This document shows positions 36,030 to 49,904 of a stretch of DNA of 64,000 nucleotides, one piece after another. Origin of the DNA: Squalus acanthias (Eukaryota); contig CM059426.1 of the NCBI GenBank assembly GCA_030390025.1, positions 109,120,001-109,184,000 on the forward strand, in the 5' to 3' direction. The notes under the pieces are model-generated. The model saw only the letters and a program-made list of their open reading frames with translations, had not been told where the DNA came from and did no database searches. A program made the position numbers and the translations under genes. Position 1 is the first letter of the stretch. The number at the start of each line of letters is the position of its first letter.

Positions 36030-38370
36030 GTAAGAATTCAAGATTAAGCTTTATATCGTGTACTAGTAGTCTTAATGTAACTCTTCACTGAGTAATAAGG
36101 CAATTATAGGAGGGAAGAAGTCTTACTTTACCAAACTTGGAACAACTAATTATTAAATCATTAGGAATCACATTAATTAAGGTAAGTTTGGTTAATTCCA
36201 ACATTATGTTTCCCCAATAAAGCAAATCAATACGTTCTAGCTCTAAAACTTGGGCTACCATGGAACTAATGTTAAGGAATAATAAATTAAACCTCTTGCA
36301 TAATAGTTTATCCAGTTAAATATACCTTTTATGCATACTCATAGGAATATTCTGTTTTAAATGACATGTAATTGAGCAAAGCATCATTTTTATATACACA
36401 CAAGCTATGATATTCTCCATTATCCATTTAAATACATTCCAATATTACTTTTTGTCAAATTGCGATTTATTTGTGGGGGCCTGCTGTCCACCACGACCCC
36501 ACCCCTTGGCCAGCAAAAAAAAATTCAACAGATAAGAGCTGCTTATTTGTGATATTTATTTTAGCAGCTCTTGTGTTGTCATGACCGTGTTTGTTAAAAG
36601 GGGTTTCTGAGCAGTACAAAGTACTTGGCAACACTTGGTGTGTTCTCCATTAATACTAATATAAGCAATACCAAATGTCCATGACATCACAACAATTTCA
36701 AACTCCCATGCAAAAATTGGCTGGCTGCAGCTCCTTGCTCTCTGCATTCTAGTCATCTGGTGCAGTGCCTGGCCTGATCTGCTCCTACGCTGCCCATTCT
36801 GCTTTCAGCCTCTGATCTCTGTTGCTGTCTGCTCTCTGAAGGCACAAAGATACTTTTTGAACTTCCCGGGTCTAAAGGATAGGTAAAGGCTGCTCCCTGA
36901 TTGGTCTAGATCCACCAATGAGGAAGTCGTCTCTTCTAGTCCTCCATGCCCCAGAGGTTCAAAAGGCTGACGCCAATACCAAAAGAAAGTTATGTGCACC
37001 AACAAGAAATAACTGACGCTTTAGTGCCTGGACAATGGCTCATGGGCCATGTCTTGGTCACCTAACACTAGAGGCTAGGCACTGGAGCAGGTCATGGTTT
37101 ATCCCTTAAGGTATATTACCTAGTGGGTGAAGACAGCACTGTGAGCACTATACTAAGAAGTTGCACATTCTACCTCAATCTCTGAGGGATTGTTAATTAT
37201 ATTGAGCAAGGAGTTGGACCAGTTATGTTCCTGAAGCTAAACTATAGAGAAATGTTAATGTTACTTAGGAGCAGCACAGTCACGAATGGACTGCACTCAA
37301 GGCATCTGAAAATCCAACTTGTATGAGGTATATGGAGATCTTTAACTGAGCACTGGCTGAGGTGACATGGAGATATTGCTCATTCTGCAGATGTTGTTAC
37401 GATGCGTCTGCAATTCACATTCTTCAGATGGCTTGCTTTCATTAATGATGGTGCTATTCTTTAGTAAGATTTATATTCCTTCAGTTGCAGCTCCCATTAG
37501 TACATTGCAGTATACAATAAAGCACCAAACTTGTTTTACCCTCCTCCCAAATCTAATTTCAGAAAAGTTCTCTGATGCTGAGATTGGGAGAATGTGGAAA
37601 GTAGCACAACAGCTGAGATTGCTAGGCATTAACATGCCACTCAGTTCTTACCTTTGCTGTTGCATTCCTGTCCGTGTGCAAAGGCTGCAGTTACAAGCAA
37701 TAACTGCCTGAGGCCATTCAAAAATTCTGACTTCTGTTCTTGACAGAATTGGGAAAATAACATGTATAAGAAAAATACATTGTATAATGCATGGAAATCA
37801 CTTTTAGGGATGTGGAGGCGCGGGGGTGTCACACAATAAGAGACATAAATATGTTTCCTGTCGAAATCCTGAACACCGATACAGAAAATTTATTTTCTTA
37901 TGGGCTTCAGTGACTGAGTTATTGCCATTACATGTGGAGTGAAACTTATTTATGAGAATCAAAAATACTTCGTCTTTTCAGCTAAAATGCACCTAAAAAT
38001 TAATTTTCCTATAATTGCACTGTTCATAGTCATAATGGCACAGAAGGAGGCCATTCAAATCAATGATATTGTAGATTTTCTTTTGATTTTTCAGTTATCT
38101 ATTAAATTCTTTTTTTTCTCAAACTTTGTTTAAGTTACAGTTCCTATACATTAATAGTCTCAAATTCGTGATGATAGAACACATGTCCTACTGAGTTTCA
38201 ACTCAGTATTTATAGATTCAGGTCCTATGGTTCCAAGTCACTTACGAAATTGAGCACACAATTGTTTTGTGCATTTGATTTTGCATTTTATAAATGTGTC
38301 ATTATTGTATTCTGTAAGCTAACTGAAGTCAATAGGTTTCATTTTTAACATATCTTCGTCGTTATTGCAG

Positions 38371-38584
38371 ATGCTCCTCTCGAGCTGCCGTCCTTTCAGC
38401 TGACCCCTTCCCATCGTCAGGTGGTGTTTGAGGGAGACAGTCTCCCTTTCCAGTGTATGGCTTCTTACATTGACCAGGACATGCAAGTGCTGTGGTATCA
38501 GGATGGAAAGATGGTGGAAACTGATGAGTCCCAAGGAATTTTTGTTGAAAAAAATGTGATCCATAATTGTTCCTTAATTGCAAG
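38371..38584 (+). CDS. ADGRA3: ADGRA3 coding exon (Ig-like domain, first half)
   Basis: 214-nt exon, ttgcag|...|gtaata. Encodes DAPLELPSFQLTPSHRQVVFEGDSLPFQCMASYIDQDMQVLWYQDGKMVETDESQGIFVEKNVIHNCSLIAS. Not called in the supplied ORF track; read by hand. Confidence 0.95.
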
Positions 38585-39397
38585 GTAATAAATTAACTTG
38601 CGTAATTTACATCTTGGAATTCAGAGTAAGAGTGTTTCTTTTTTGAATATGTATCATCTTAATCATGGATAAATGTTTTTTTCCTATATATGAAGTAGAT
38701 CTTCAACACTAAAACATTTTATTCATAAAACATGCATCTCTTGGTTTTATGAAGATCAGTTTAGTATTTTTTTTTAAATGATCGTCTTTCCAGTCCACTT
38801 CATTGAGTTATTACATTTCAGGACACACCTAAAACCTGGCTATGATGCCATGCACACTGTGCTTAGCATAGATTTTGTACCATTCGTAAATCTCCAAATA
38901 TTTGCTCAAAAGCAGAAGACTTTATAAATGCAGAAGATATGGTTTTACTAGATTGCAATACTCAATGTTATTTCAGGTCTCCATGAAAGTGTCCTTTTAA
39001 TTGCGGATTAATTGCCAGGAATTCAGTATTATATTTGGACTCCTGCAAACATTTAGTGCATAACACTGGATTTTCAGAAAAGTATAAATTTTGTGCTCAA
39101 TGGGTTAAGATCCTTAAAGATTTTGTGCTGCTTCAAAGTTATAATCTCTATTTTCAGTGAGTTTCACATTTAAAAAAAAATACTGTTTAGCATTTAATAA
39201 CTGTTCAAAGCTATTCAAACTGAACCATTTCAAAATTGAGTTCATGGTTATTGAACTTCGTATGCTTGCATGTCTTGTAGCTGTGGATATTTAAAGTAAG
39301 ATGATGTATTCTGTTTTTCAAAGTGCAATTTTGTCCAAACTTGAGTATTCCTTCCTGTGTTTCTGTTGAATGGTAATGTAACTGTTTCTAAATGCAG

Positions 39398-39562
39398 TAC
39401 TCTAACTATCTCAAATATCCAAATGGGTTCCACTGGAAACTGGGAATGTCAAGTCCAAACCAAACGTGGAAACAACACAAAACAAGTTGACATAGTTGTC
39501 TTGGAGAGCTCAGCAAAGTACTGCCCACCGGAGATGGTGATGAATAACAAAGGGGATTTCAG
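39398..39562 (+). CDS. ADGRA3: ADGRA3 coding exon (Ig-like domain, second half)
   Basis: 165-nt exon, atgcag|...|gtaatg. Encodes TLTISNIQMGSTGNWECQVQTKRGNNTKQVDIVVLESSAKYCPPEMVMNNKGDFR. Confidence 0.95.
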
Positions 39563-40659
39563 GTAATGAGCTTTCACAAAAAAAACTTCATCATGAAAGA
39601 CTGGCAGCAAGTTTCATATCTGTGGTGGTGTCCTTTTCTCAGCAGACTTATTGTCTAGAACTAAAGTGCTTTCTTTATAACTAGACATAATGTAGCTCAT
39701 CACACTACTGATTACAGTTAATGAGTTTGTAATGATAGAGTTGCTGACTGCAAGGCATTATTGAGATACACTGTATATTTGAAAACTAGCCTCAGAATAT
39801 GTGTGACCTTTACTAAAAATTAATTTCAACAAAAACTATTATGTTAATGTGCACAGGGGTTTGGGGAATTTGAGCAGCTGATGCTTGAAGATAGTGAAAG
39901 CAATGTGTAGTTATTCTATAGTAACTTGGTTAAGTTGAAGATCATTTTTCTTCTGGGCACATTTAATTGGTTATCTAAATGACCAATAAGTACTAAGTTT
40001 CTAAATATACATAGATAATGGCAGTAAAGAAGATAGGACGATAGTTATTCTCTGATACTGCAATGGTGTAATGCTCTTGGGTTACAGAACAGAACTTTGT
40101 TTTGAGTTCGTAGAACTCTCGCCTTTGTCAGAAGATTGTGGGTTCAAGCCCTACTTCAGGACTTGAGCACGTAATTTGGATTGATACTTGTTTAGTACTG
40201 AAGGAGTGCTGTATTATGTTCAGGAGTTCTCCCATACTGCACAGTACCTAATTATACAATAACGTGAGCTGGGTTGTAACAATAGGGCCCCCTTTTGAGC
40301 TGAACTGCATATCTTATTATTGCATGTGCCTTGCATGCTTAGCCAATCTTCTGGTGGAATTGATAATTACTCTGGTGAGCAGAAGTTAATGTTAAATCAG
40401 GACGCTTTAATTTTGCATAATACACATGATTGAACAAAATAGTAATTCCAGATTTTAACTTCTATAATGATTCCTGTAATATGTAAAGCAATAACAATGT
40501 GCTGTGTTAACCCAAATGATGAGCATAATGCTCACTTTTGAGTTTTTGTTTATTACTGGTCAACCACTAGCTGTAAAAGCTGATTGGCTGTACTTCAATT
40601 TCCAGCCTCTGCCTCTCCAGAGCTTAGGGGCGAGAGGGCAGAAGGTACGGCTGCGAATG

Positions 40660-40950
40660 GTGCGGCAAACAAAGTGGGGGAATGCATGAGGTCAGAGTTG
40701 GAGGAATGCAGAATTCAGAGGTTTGCAGGGCTGGAGGATTTTAAAGGTAGGGAGGGGTGAGGCCATGGACGGATTTGAACATAAGGGTGAGGATTTTAAA
40801 TTTGAGGCGTTGGTGGACTGGGAGCCAATGTAGGTCAGCGAGTAAAGGAATGACGGGTGAACGGAACTTGGTGGGAGTTGGGATATGGGCATCAGAGTTT
40901 TGGATGAGCTCAAGTTTATGGAGGGTGGAAGATGGGAGGCCCCCATGGAA
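40660..40950 (-). mobile_element. L2 3' fragment
   Basis: Reverse complement of the segment seen at 6360-6610. Confidence 0.75.
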
Positions 40951-42228
40951 TAAGCTGCGATTGTCATAAATGGTGTATCCTCTGAATCATGAGCAATGCT
41001 ACAAGAGAGCTACTAATAAATATTTACCGCTCTTGCAGATATAACTATTCTAAGTTCCAGTAGCTGAGCCATACAAACTAGAAATTTCCTGTGTTCAATA
41101 TTTTGTTCATGCTGAATTAGTACATCTCGCCCATGTAGGTAAAAGGGACCATAGGGCACATGATGCCTGTGTTACTGCACACCAGTAAGGAGAGGAAAGA
41201 AAATGAGTGAAGAAAAAGAAAAGCTCCAATTTCCTAAGCAGGCCCAATCTGTGAAATTCTGCTCTGGTTTCCACATAATGAGACCTTCCTTTTAGGCTGT
41301 AACTTTTGAAGCTGTTAAAGTACCAGCTCCAGTATTAGACTCACTGTAAAAGTCTGCACAAGATCCACCCCCCCCCCCCGGCCCCCCTCACTCCCTGGAG
41401 TATGGGTACATTTCACTGTTATTTTAAACGGTTGTCTACACTGTACACTGTGATGTGTAGACATGTTCCCAAAATGTTAGAAAATGCAGTGCTAGTCCTT
41501 ATGCAGCTAAAGAGTATGTTAGACTGTGGTATATTTATTCACTCCTCTCCCATTCATTCTATTTGTGCTGTTTTCCTTATAATTTCTGATCTGTATTTTT
41601 GAATTCTTATTTTTGCTGCTTCTAGAGTAGCAATTTTTCCTCTGATTCCCTCCCTCAACAAAGACTATATACCAAATGATTTTGTGTGATAGCATTTAGA
41701 GTTGGTCATCGGTTACAGAATTTCAAAAGCATGGATGATGTTGGGTTGTAAAGTCCTATGTAGCTTCCAATTTGTAAAGGGTGAGATTTAATTTAGCCCG
41801 GCTATAGTGTACATTGTTATGAGCGCCACAGTACTTAAACTATGACATTATTTTGTATTTTCATAAATATGTAATATTGCACAATGTTAGGATTAAGATG
41901 CTGAACTGATTGCTTTTATATTTCTTCAGCTATAGACATATCAGTACCAGCCAGTTTAATAATTCAATTCTAGTGTAATGCTGTAGTAACTTTCCACTAT
42001 TTTCTTTAGAGTTCTATAGGTGAAGGAGTCGTGAGTATTTTTTCCAATTTGAAGAGCTTTCAACAAATATTCAAAATTATCATAGACCAGATAGGTTTAG
42101 AACTGTTAACCCCGATAGTTGATTTAAAATAAATTCTTGTTTTTTGTTTGTTATGAAAACTTAGCTTAAATTTCTGTTTTGAGCTTAATTTTGAGTAAAT
42201 TGAATAGAAGAATTTTCTTACTTTCCAG

Positions 42229-42430
42229 GTGGCCTCGTACACTGGCCGGCATCACTGCCTACCTGCTGTGTACCCGTTACTCTGCAGGCACCGGTATATA
42301 CCCTGGTGGCTCTCAGGATGAAAAGAAAGCTTGGCGCAAGTGTGACCGAGGAGGATTTTGGTCCGATGACAACTATTCTCGATGTCAGTATGCAAATGAT
42401 GTTACACGGGTGCTTTACATGTTTAACCAG
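42229..42430 (+). CDS. ADGRA3: ADGRA3 coding exon (hormone-binding/HRM domain)
   Basis: 202-nt exon, ttccag|...|gtacat. Encodes WPRTLAGITAYLLCTRYSAGTGIYPGGSQDEKKAWRKCDRGGFWSDDNYSRCQYANDVTRVLYMFNQ, with the WPxT...C...C...G.W...C HRM motif. Confidence 0.95.
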
Positions 42431-43149
42431 GTACATAACGAGTGCTCGCTTGTATTAGACAAATTTTCTCATGCTGTATAAATATACAAGCTTAAATTTA
42501 TATAGTAAATTCACTTAGAAAATAAATGTAAAGATGGTATTCACTTAAAGTAATACAGCAATGCACATTGTGATACGCAAGATACTTTTTTGTAGTTGAG
42601 CAGCAGTTTGTCATTGCTAAGCTCCACTTATTGCATGTTGTAGATTGTGTGTCAGCATGACTCTGCGGGAATTTATTAAATCTCTTGTTCCAAAGGTTGT
42701 GGGTTTAGATACCACACCAGGACCTGAGCGCATAATCCAGACCTCCGCCAATACCACCAAAAATGCATTTTGTTGATGTTTGCGAGAATGGCAGTGACAT
42801 TTGCTTGCACAGCAATCCCTGCACCACAATAGTTCATTGTGCAAACCACTTAAAGATATTCTGGCAACAGAGTAAGGCACTGTATAAATGCAAGAACTTC
42901 TTTTAGAATGCGCAATAAATCTGTGAGATGAGGTGCAATTAATTCTTGGAACTTTTTTCCTGATGTATTCTTTTTAGTGTCGTTAACACAGCACTTTTCA
43001 GTTTTCTGGTTTGAGTGTTTTTACATTATGGGTGGTGAATACAATATAAAAGGTAAATTAAAGGAGTTTATGCAAAATCTTTACGAATTGTTTATCTGGG
43101 TTAGTCCATTGGCTACAATAAACTTTCTGGTACTGAGTCTTACATCAGT

Positions 43150-44716
43150 AAACATAGAAACATAGAAGATAGGAGCAGGAGTAGGCCATTCGGCCCCTCG
43201 AGCCTGCTCCGCCATTCAATGAGATCATGGCTGATCATCCAAATTCAGTACCCTGTCCCTGCTTTCTCCCCATATCCCTTGATCCCCTTAGCCTTAAGAA
43301 ATATATCTAACTCCTTCTTGAATATATTTAATGAATTGGCCTCAACTGCCTTGTGTGGTAGAGAATTCCACAGGTTCACCACTCTCTGGGTGAAGAAATT
43401 CCTCCTCATCTCTGTCCTAAATGGCTTACCCCTTATCCTTAGACTGTGACCCCTGGTTCTGGACTCCCCCGCCATCGGGAACATCCTTCCTGCATCTAGT
43501 CTGTCTAGTCCTGTTAGAATTTTATAAGTTTCAATGAGATCTCCCCTCATTCTTCTAAACTCCAGCGAATATAAGCCCAATCGACCCAATCTCTCCTCAT
43601 AGTCATTCCTGCCATCCCAGGTATCAGTCTGGTGAATCTTCACTGCACTCCCTCCATGGCAAGAACATCCTTCCTCAGATAAGGCGACCAAAACTGCACA
43701 CAATACTCAAGGTGTGGTCTCACCAAGGCCCTGTACAACTGCAGCAAGACATCCTTGCTCCTGTACTCGAATCCTCTCGCTATGAAGGCCAACATACCAT
43801 TTGCCGCCTTAACCGCCTGCTGCACCTGCATGCTTACCTTCAGCGATTGGTGCACAAGGACACCCAGGTCTCGTTGCACTTCCCCTTCTCCCAATCTATT
43901 GCTGTTCAGATAATAATCTGCCTTCCTGTTTTTGCCACCAAAGTGGATAACCTCGCATTTATCCACATTATACTGCATCTGCCCAATCACCCAACCTGTC
44001 CAAATCATACTGGAGTTTCTCGGCATCCTCCTCACAGCACACACGCCCACCCAGCTTTGTGTCGTCTGCAAACTTGGAGATATTACATCTAGTTCCCTCG
44101 TCTAGATCATTAATATATATTGTGAATAGCTGGGGTCCTAGCACCGATCCCTGCGGTACCCCACTAGTCACTGCCTGCCACTCGGAAAAAGACCCGTTTA
44201 TTCCAACTCTTTGTTTTCTGTCTGCCAACCAGTTCTCTATCCAAGTCAGTACCTTACCCCCAATCCCATGTGCTTTAACTTTACACGCTAATCTCTTATG
44301 CGGGACCTTATCGAAAGCCTTCTGAAAGTCCAAATACACCACATCCACTGGTTCTCCCTTATCTATTCTGCCAGTTACATCATCAAATAATTCCAGCAGA
44401 TTAGTCAGGCATGATTTACCTTTTGTAAATCCATGTTGACTTTGTCCGATCCTGTCACTATTTTCCAAGTGCTCTGCTATTACATCTTTTATAATGGACT
44501 CTAGCATTTTCCCCACTACCGATGTCAGGCTTATAATTCCCCGTTTTCTCTCTACCACCTTTTTTAAATAGTGGGGTTACATTAGCTACCCTCCAATCCA
44601 TGGGAACTGTGCCAGAGTCTATAGAATTTTGGAAGGTGACCAGCAATGGCCACTTCCTTAAGTACCCTAGAATGTAGATTATCAGGCCCTGGGGATTTAT
44701 CGGCCTTCAATCCTAT
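43150..44716 (-). mobile_element. CR1 LINE, 5'-truncated
   Basis: ORFs 43245-44646 with RT motifs; (aacataga)n tail. Confidence 0.93.
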
Positions 44717-44765
44717 TTACAGTAAAAAAAAAAAGTACTATTTACTTTTGATTTTAAATAAACAG

Positions 44766-44915
44766 ATGCCTTTGAATCTTACAAATGCTGTGGCAACCGC
44801 GCGACAACTTCTGGCTTACACTGTGGAAGCTGCAAACTTTTCAGATAAGATGGACGTCATCTTTGTGGCTGAAATGATTGAAAAGTTCGGCAGATTTGCA
44901 GAGAAATACAAAGAG
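44766..44915 (+). CDS. ADGRA3: ADGRA3 coding exon (GAIN region, helical subdomain)
   Basis: 150-nt phase 0-0 exon, aaacag|...|gtgagt. Encodes MPLNLTNAVATARQLLAYTVEAANFSDKMDVIFVAEMIEKFGRFAEKYKE. Confidence 0.95.
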
Positions 44916-45156
44916 GTGAGTTTCTGCGACTATTCATCATCAGAAAGTCACCTGTAAATATTTATGCATGTTTAAATATGCTTTAAATTTACATATAAAA
45001 ATGTTGGGGCGGGGTGATTAATGTTATGCTGATAAGAGTAAGGGATCTTCTGTCTGGTGAATGGATCATGTTTCCACTTTTTGTATATATGAATCACTTA
45101 ATACAAATGTGAAGCACTGCTAAGTCAGATACAGAATGGCAAGCTGCTGAGAAAGA

Positions 45157-46740
45157 GGCCGCGATTTTCCCTGGGTCGGTGGTGGGTCGCGGCCCCACCC
45201 CTGTCTCCATCCCGGCCTCCACCATGACTTTCCCCTAATGGGGCTTGTTAAGCCCGCCCAGCGAGTTTCCCGGGCCAATTGATGGAAGCGGGTCTGATGA
45301 TGTGATTTGATGACACTTCATCAGTCGGTTTCCTTAAAGGGGCCATGCGCAAATTTACTTTGACATTTGTGCTGTCAGTGTTCCACAGCATTGAGGTGCC
45401 GCAAACACTGACAATGACTGCACAGAGGTGCACGGCTGCACCCAGGCTCTCCAATGACTCTCTCCATATGCTTATGGAGGGAGTAACAGCACAAAGGGAG
45501 GTTCTCTTTCCTTCCAATGGGCGGAAGAGACCTCCCCAGGATACCAACGCAGCCTGGTTGCACATTGCACAGGAGGGCACAACCAGGGATGTCGTCAGGA
45601 GGACCAGGCTGCAGTGGCGCAAACCTTTCAATGATCTCAGTAGATCACGAAACGTTACTGCAAAGCCACACTCATCACATCCCCATCACTCTGCCTTCCC
45701 TACCCTACTCCTGCACATCCTTACTCACACCAACTTACCTTGCACCTCCACCCATCCCCCTCTATCTACGTTATCACTTCCCTTACTATCCACCCCTCAC
45801 ACTCACCCTCATCCTAGTCCAGTCATACCAACTAACAACACACAAGGATAGGTTTTAGTCAATGTTCATGTGAAGTTTCTGTTAATGTGGTGTAAAACAT
45901 TGAAATCTTTATTTTCAACACTTTGCATTCGTGGTCAGATTTGTGTGCACCTTTGGAAGTGGCTTAGTGAGTTGCAGTGAATGGTGAAACATAACGGTCC
46001 CCGTCCCCCCCCCCCCCCCCCCCCGCAATGCTGATGAATGTGAAAGGAATGGTTTGGGCATTGTAGGGATGCTTTATATTGTTGGTGTGGGGTGGTGTCA
46101 ACCTGACGCATCATGTGGCAGCCAGGGTGTGCAGTGTCAAATGAAGTAAATGTGGCCATGGTGAGGCAATGTGGTTGGGTATTGATGCCCTCTGTCCTGT
46201 GCAGCACCAGGTGATTGTGGAGAAGGTTGGTGTGCCTAGTGATGCTGGTGTTGGGGCTGATGGTGGTCAGATTCTGAGGACCAAGGTGAGAGAGTATAAA
46301 GTGCACCATGCCGATGTAATAGATGGCAGGTGAAGTAGAGATGACAGAAGCAATCTGTCAATGGTGGGAGAGGTAATGAGGTCAGACTGGATGGAGACTT
46401 TTGTAAAGACTTGTAGCACTCTGAATCTGTAGTGGAAATGCAGTTTAGAGAAGCTAGTGGTTAAGGGAACATTTCTCAATCAGCTAGGAGCTTTGACTTG
46501 ATATTTGAAGCTGTCAACTCAACAGCTGATGCAATAGCAAGTGACCTCCTGCCTCAGCTTCACAGACAAGGTCTAGACACAACGGGAAACTGGTGGGTGA
46601 CATTTCAAATTGAGAAAGCTGGGGGGAAAAAAAGCATTGTTAAGTGGCTGTAAACAAGCCGTAATGGTTTGAATTGGATCCCCACCGCTGCCTGTCGGGT
46701 CTGCTCGGTGCTGGCAGACCCGACATTGGGAAATGCAGGA
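45157..46740. mobile_element. Internally deleted PIF/Harbinger transposon (Myb/SANT gene on +, transposase remnant on -)
   Basis: + strand APRLSNDSLHMLMEGV...VLFP...AAWLHIA...RTRLQWRKPFNDL is a Myb/SANT trihelix pattern. The convergent segment is homologous to 56830-57407. Ends approximate. Confidence 0.72.
45414..45650 (+). pseudogene. Harbinger Myb/SANT-like DNA-binding domain remnant
   Basis: Within ORF 45345-45851. W...RT..Q.RK.FNDL spacing of the MSANTD/trihelix family. Confidence 0.75.
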
Positions 46741-47133
46741 GTGCGCGTTTTGACAGCGGGTTCCCAACTTGGGTGGGGGAGGTGGTCAGAAACCTGGGGG
46801 GGGGGCGAGGTACGTCAGAAACTGGGGGGTGAGGAGGTGGTCAGAAACTTGAGCGGGGGGAGGAGATCAGGAGCTTGAGGGCCGAAGGTCAGGAACTTGT
46901 TGGGGGGGGGGGGGGAGTGGGTGGAAGAAGGCATCGAGTGCGCATGCGTGCCTCCGGGGTACTGCGCACATGCGCAGAAGGCCATGCAGAATATTCGTGC
47001 AAGTAATCACTCCAATGTTGAAATCCATTTGCCTTAGTTTTGCCCATTCGCTTAATCTATTTCTCTTTATCTCTTTGTAATTTTATACTTCCATCTGCAC
47101 TGCTTACAATGCCACCTATCTGTGTGTCATGTG

Positions 47134-49128
47134 AAACATAAGAACATAAGAATTAGGAGCAGGAATAGGCCATTTGGCCCTTCGAGCCTGCTCCGCCATT
47201 CAGTAAAATCATGGCTAATCTTCTACCTCAACTCCACTTTCCTGCACTATCCCCATATCCCTTGATTCCCTTAATATCCAAATTCTATTGATCTCTCTCT
47301 TGAATATACTCAACGACTGAGCCTCCACAGCCCTCTGGGGTAGAGAATTCCAAAGATTCACCATCCTCTGAGTGAAGAAATTTCTCATCTCAGTCCTAAA
47401 TGGCTGACCCCTTATTCTGAGATTGTGACCCTGGTTCTAGACTCCCCAGCCAGGGACAATATCCTCCCTGCATCTACCCTGTCAAGCCCTATAAGAATTT
47501 TGTATGTTTCAATGAGATCACCTCTCATTCTTCTAAACTCCAGAGAATACAGGCCTAGTCTACTCAATCTCTCCTCATAGGACAATCCCCCCATCCCAGG
47601 AATCAGTCTGGTGAACCTTTGTTGCACTCCCTCAATGGCAAGTATATCCTTCCTTAGGTAAGGAGACCAAAACTGTACGCAATACACCAGATGTGGTCTC
47701 ACCAGGGCCCTATATAATTGCAGTAAGACGTCTTTACTCTTATACTCAAATCCTCTTGTAATAAAGGCCAACAAACCATTTGCTTTCCTAATTGCTTGCT
47801 GTACCTGCATGTTAACTTTCAATGATTCATGTGCAAGGACACCCAGGTCCCTCTGAACACCAACATTTCCCAATCTCTCACCATTTAAAAAATACTCTGC
47901 TTTTCTATTTTTCCTACCAAAGTGGATAACTTCAGATTTCTCCACATTATATTCCATTTGCCATGTTCTTGCCCACTCACTTAGCTTGTCTATATCCCCA
48001 TGAAGCCTCTTTGCATCCTCCTCACAACTTACATTCCCACCCAGCTTTGTATCATCAGCAAACTTGAATATCTTACATTTGGTCCCCTCATCCAAATCAT
48101 TGAGGTAGATTGTGAATAGCTGAGGCCCAAGCACTGATCCTTATGGTACCCCACTAGTTATAGCATGCCAACCTGAAAATGACCCGTTTATTCCTATTCT
48201 CTGTTTTCTGTCCGTTAACCAATCCTCAATTCATGCTAGTATATTACCCCCAATCCCATGAGCCCTAATTTTGTTTAATAATCTCTTGTGTGGCACCTTA
48301 TCGAATACCTTCTGAAAATCCAAATACACCACATCCACTGGTCCTCCCTTATCTATTTTGTTAGTTACAACCTCAAAAATCTCTAACCGAGTTGTCAAAC
48401 ATGATTTCTCTTTCATAAGTCTGTGTTGACTCTGCCCAATCCTATTATTATTTTCTAAGTGCCCTGTTACCACGTCCTTAATAATAGATTCTAGCATTTT
48501 CCCTACTACTGATGTCAGACTAACTGGTCTGTGGTTCCCCGTTTTCTCTCTCCCTCCTTTCTTAAATAGTGGGGTTACATTTGCTATCTTCCAATCCGCG
48601 GGAACCGTTCTAGAATCTATGGAATTTTGGAAAATGACAACCAATGCATCCACTATCTCTCTAGCCACCTCTTTCAAAACCCTAGGATGTAGGCCATCAG
48701 GTCCAGGGGGTTTATCGGCTCTCAGTCCCATTAATTTCTCCAGTACTATTTTTTTACTGATACTAATTTCTTTCAGTTCCTCATTCTCACTGGACCCTTG
48801 GTTCTCCACTATTTCTGGGAGGTTTTTTGAGTCTTCCGTGAAGACAGACACAAAGTATTTCTTTAATTTCTTTGCCATTTCCTTATTCCCCATTATAATT
48901 CTTTTTGTCTCTGCCAGTAAGGGACCCATGTTTACTTTTGCTAATCTTTTCCTTTTTACATACCTATAGAAGATTTTACAACCTGTTTTTATGTCTCTCG
49001 CTATTTTCCCTTTCTTTATCAATTTCTTGGTCCTTCATTGCTGAATTCTAAAATCCTTCCAATCCTCAGGCTTACTACTCTTTTTGGCAACATTTTAAGC
49101 CTCTTCCTTTGAACTAATACTATCTTTA
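47134..49128 (-). mobile_element. CR1 LINE, 5'-truncated
   Basis: 263-aa and 240-aa ORFs covering RT and the C-terminus; (aacataag)n tail. Confidence 0.94.
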
Positions 49129-49904
49129 AGGACAGATGTCACTTAGCCAAGCCCAGAAATGTGTTGTATTTAAATGTAAAACCATCTTAAATGTATGCAA
49201 TGAGCTGCAGAAAATAAAGCAGTAAAAGTAGCGTCATTAGAAGACAGATGAGAGTTAATACATTAAAATGGATCTGTTCCATCTGAGCTTTTTGTCTATG
49301 CATTGTTTACTTGCGTGCAGTGAGTGGAAATGCATATTGTCAGGTAAAATAGTTTAGAATGTGTTCTGTTGTTCAGTGGCTTCTGAATGAAATGTGGTTC
49401 ATGTTTACTTCGAGCTCTAGTCAGCTCCGCAATATAGGGCAGAGTCTGTCAGTTTTTCTTAGACCTGTGTTCTTGGAAATAATTGTTTAAATGCTTATTG
49501 TAATCTGACAGTAAGTGTTGTGCTTTAGTAAGTGTCATACTGGCTAATAGTGATAAAATTATTTTAACCATTTATAGTTGAAGAAATCTCATTTTGTTTT
49601 TCATATAGGTAGCTCAACTTGGTATGAAAGTTGTGGAGCTCTTTATTACTAGTTGTGATTGCTAACCAAAATTGCAACCTAACATGGCAGTACCTGGATT
49701 TTTATTTTGCACATTAGAAGCATGTTTGCAATAACTGTTCATTTCCTTCGCCCAATATTAGCATACTTTTCCCTTCATTTAGTTTTCAGTTATTAACAAT
49801 AATAAAGAACTTAGGAAGCTGGATAAAAGAGGTGGTAGACAAAACTACAATAAGGCAAGGACGGTAAAGCAGATTAATTGAAGAGACAAAAGAAATGAAA
49901 CCCA

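Noticed and set aside
44646-44765. N-terminal extension of the ORF containing exon 44766
   Set aside because: Chance read-through from antisense CR1 and intron sequence; ADGRA3 similarity begins exactly at the AG acceptor.
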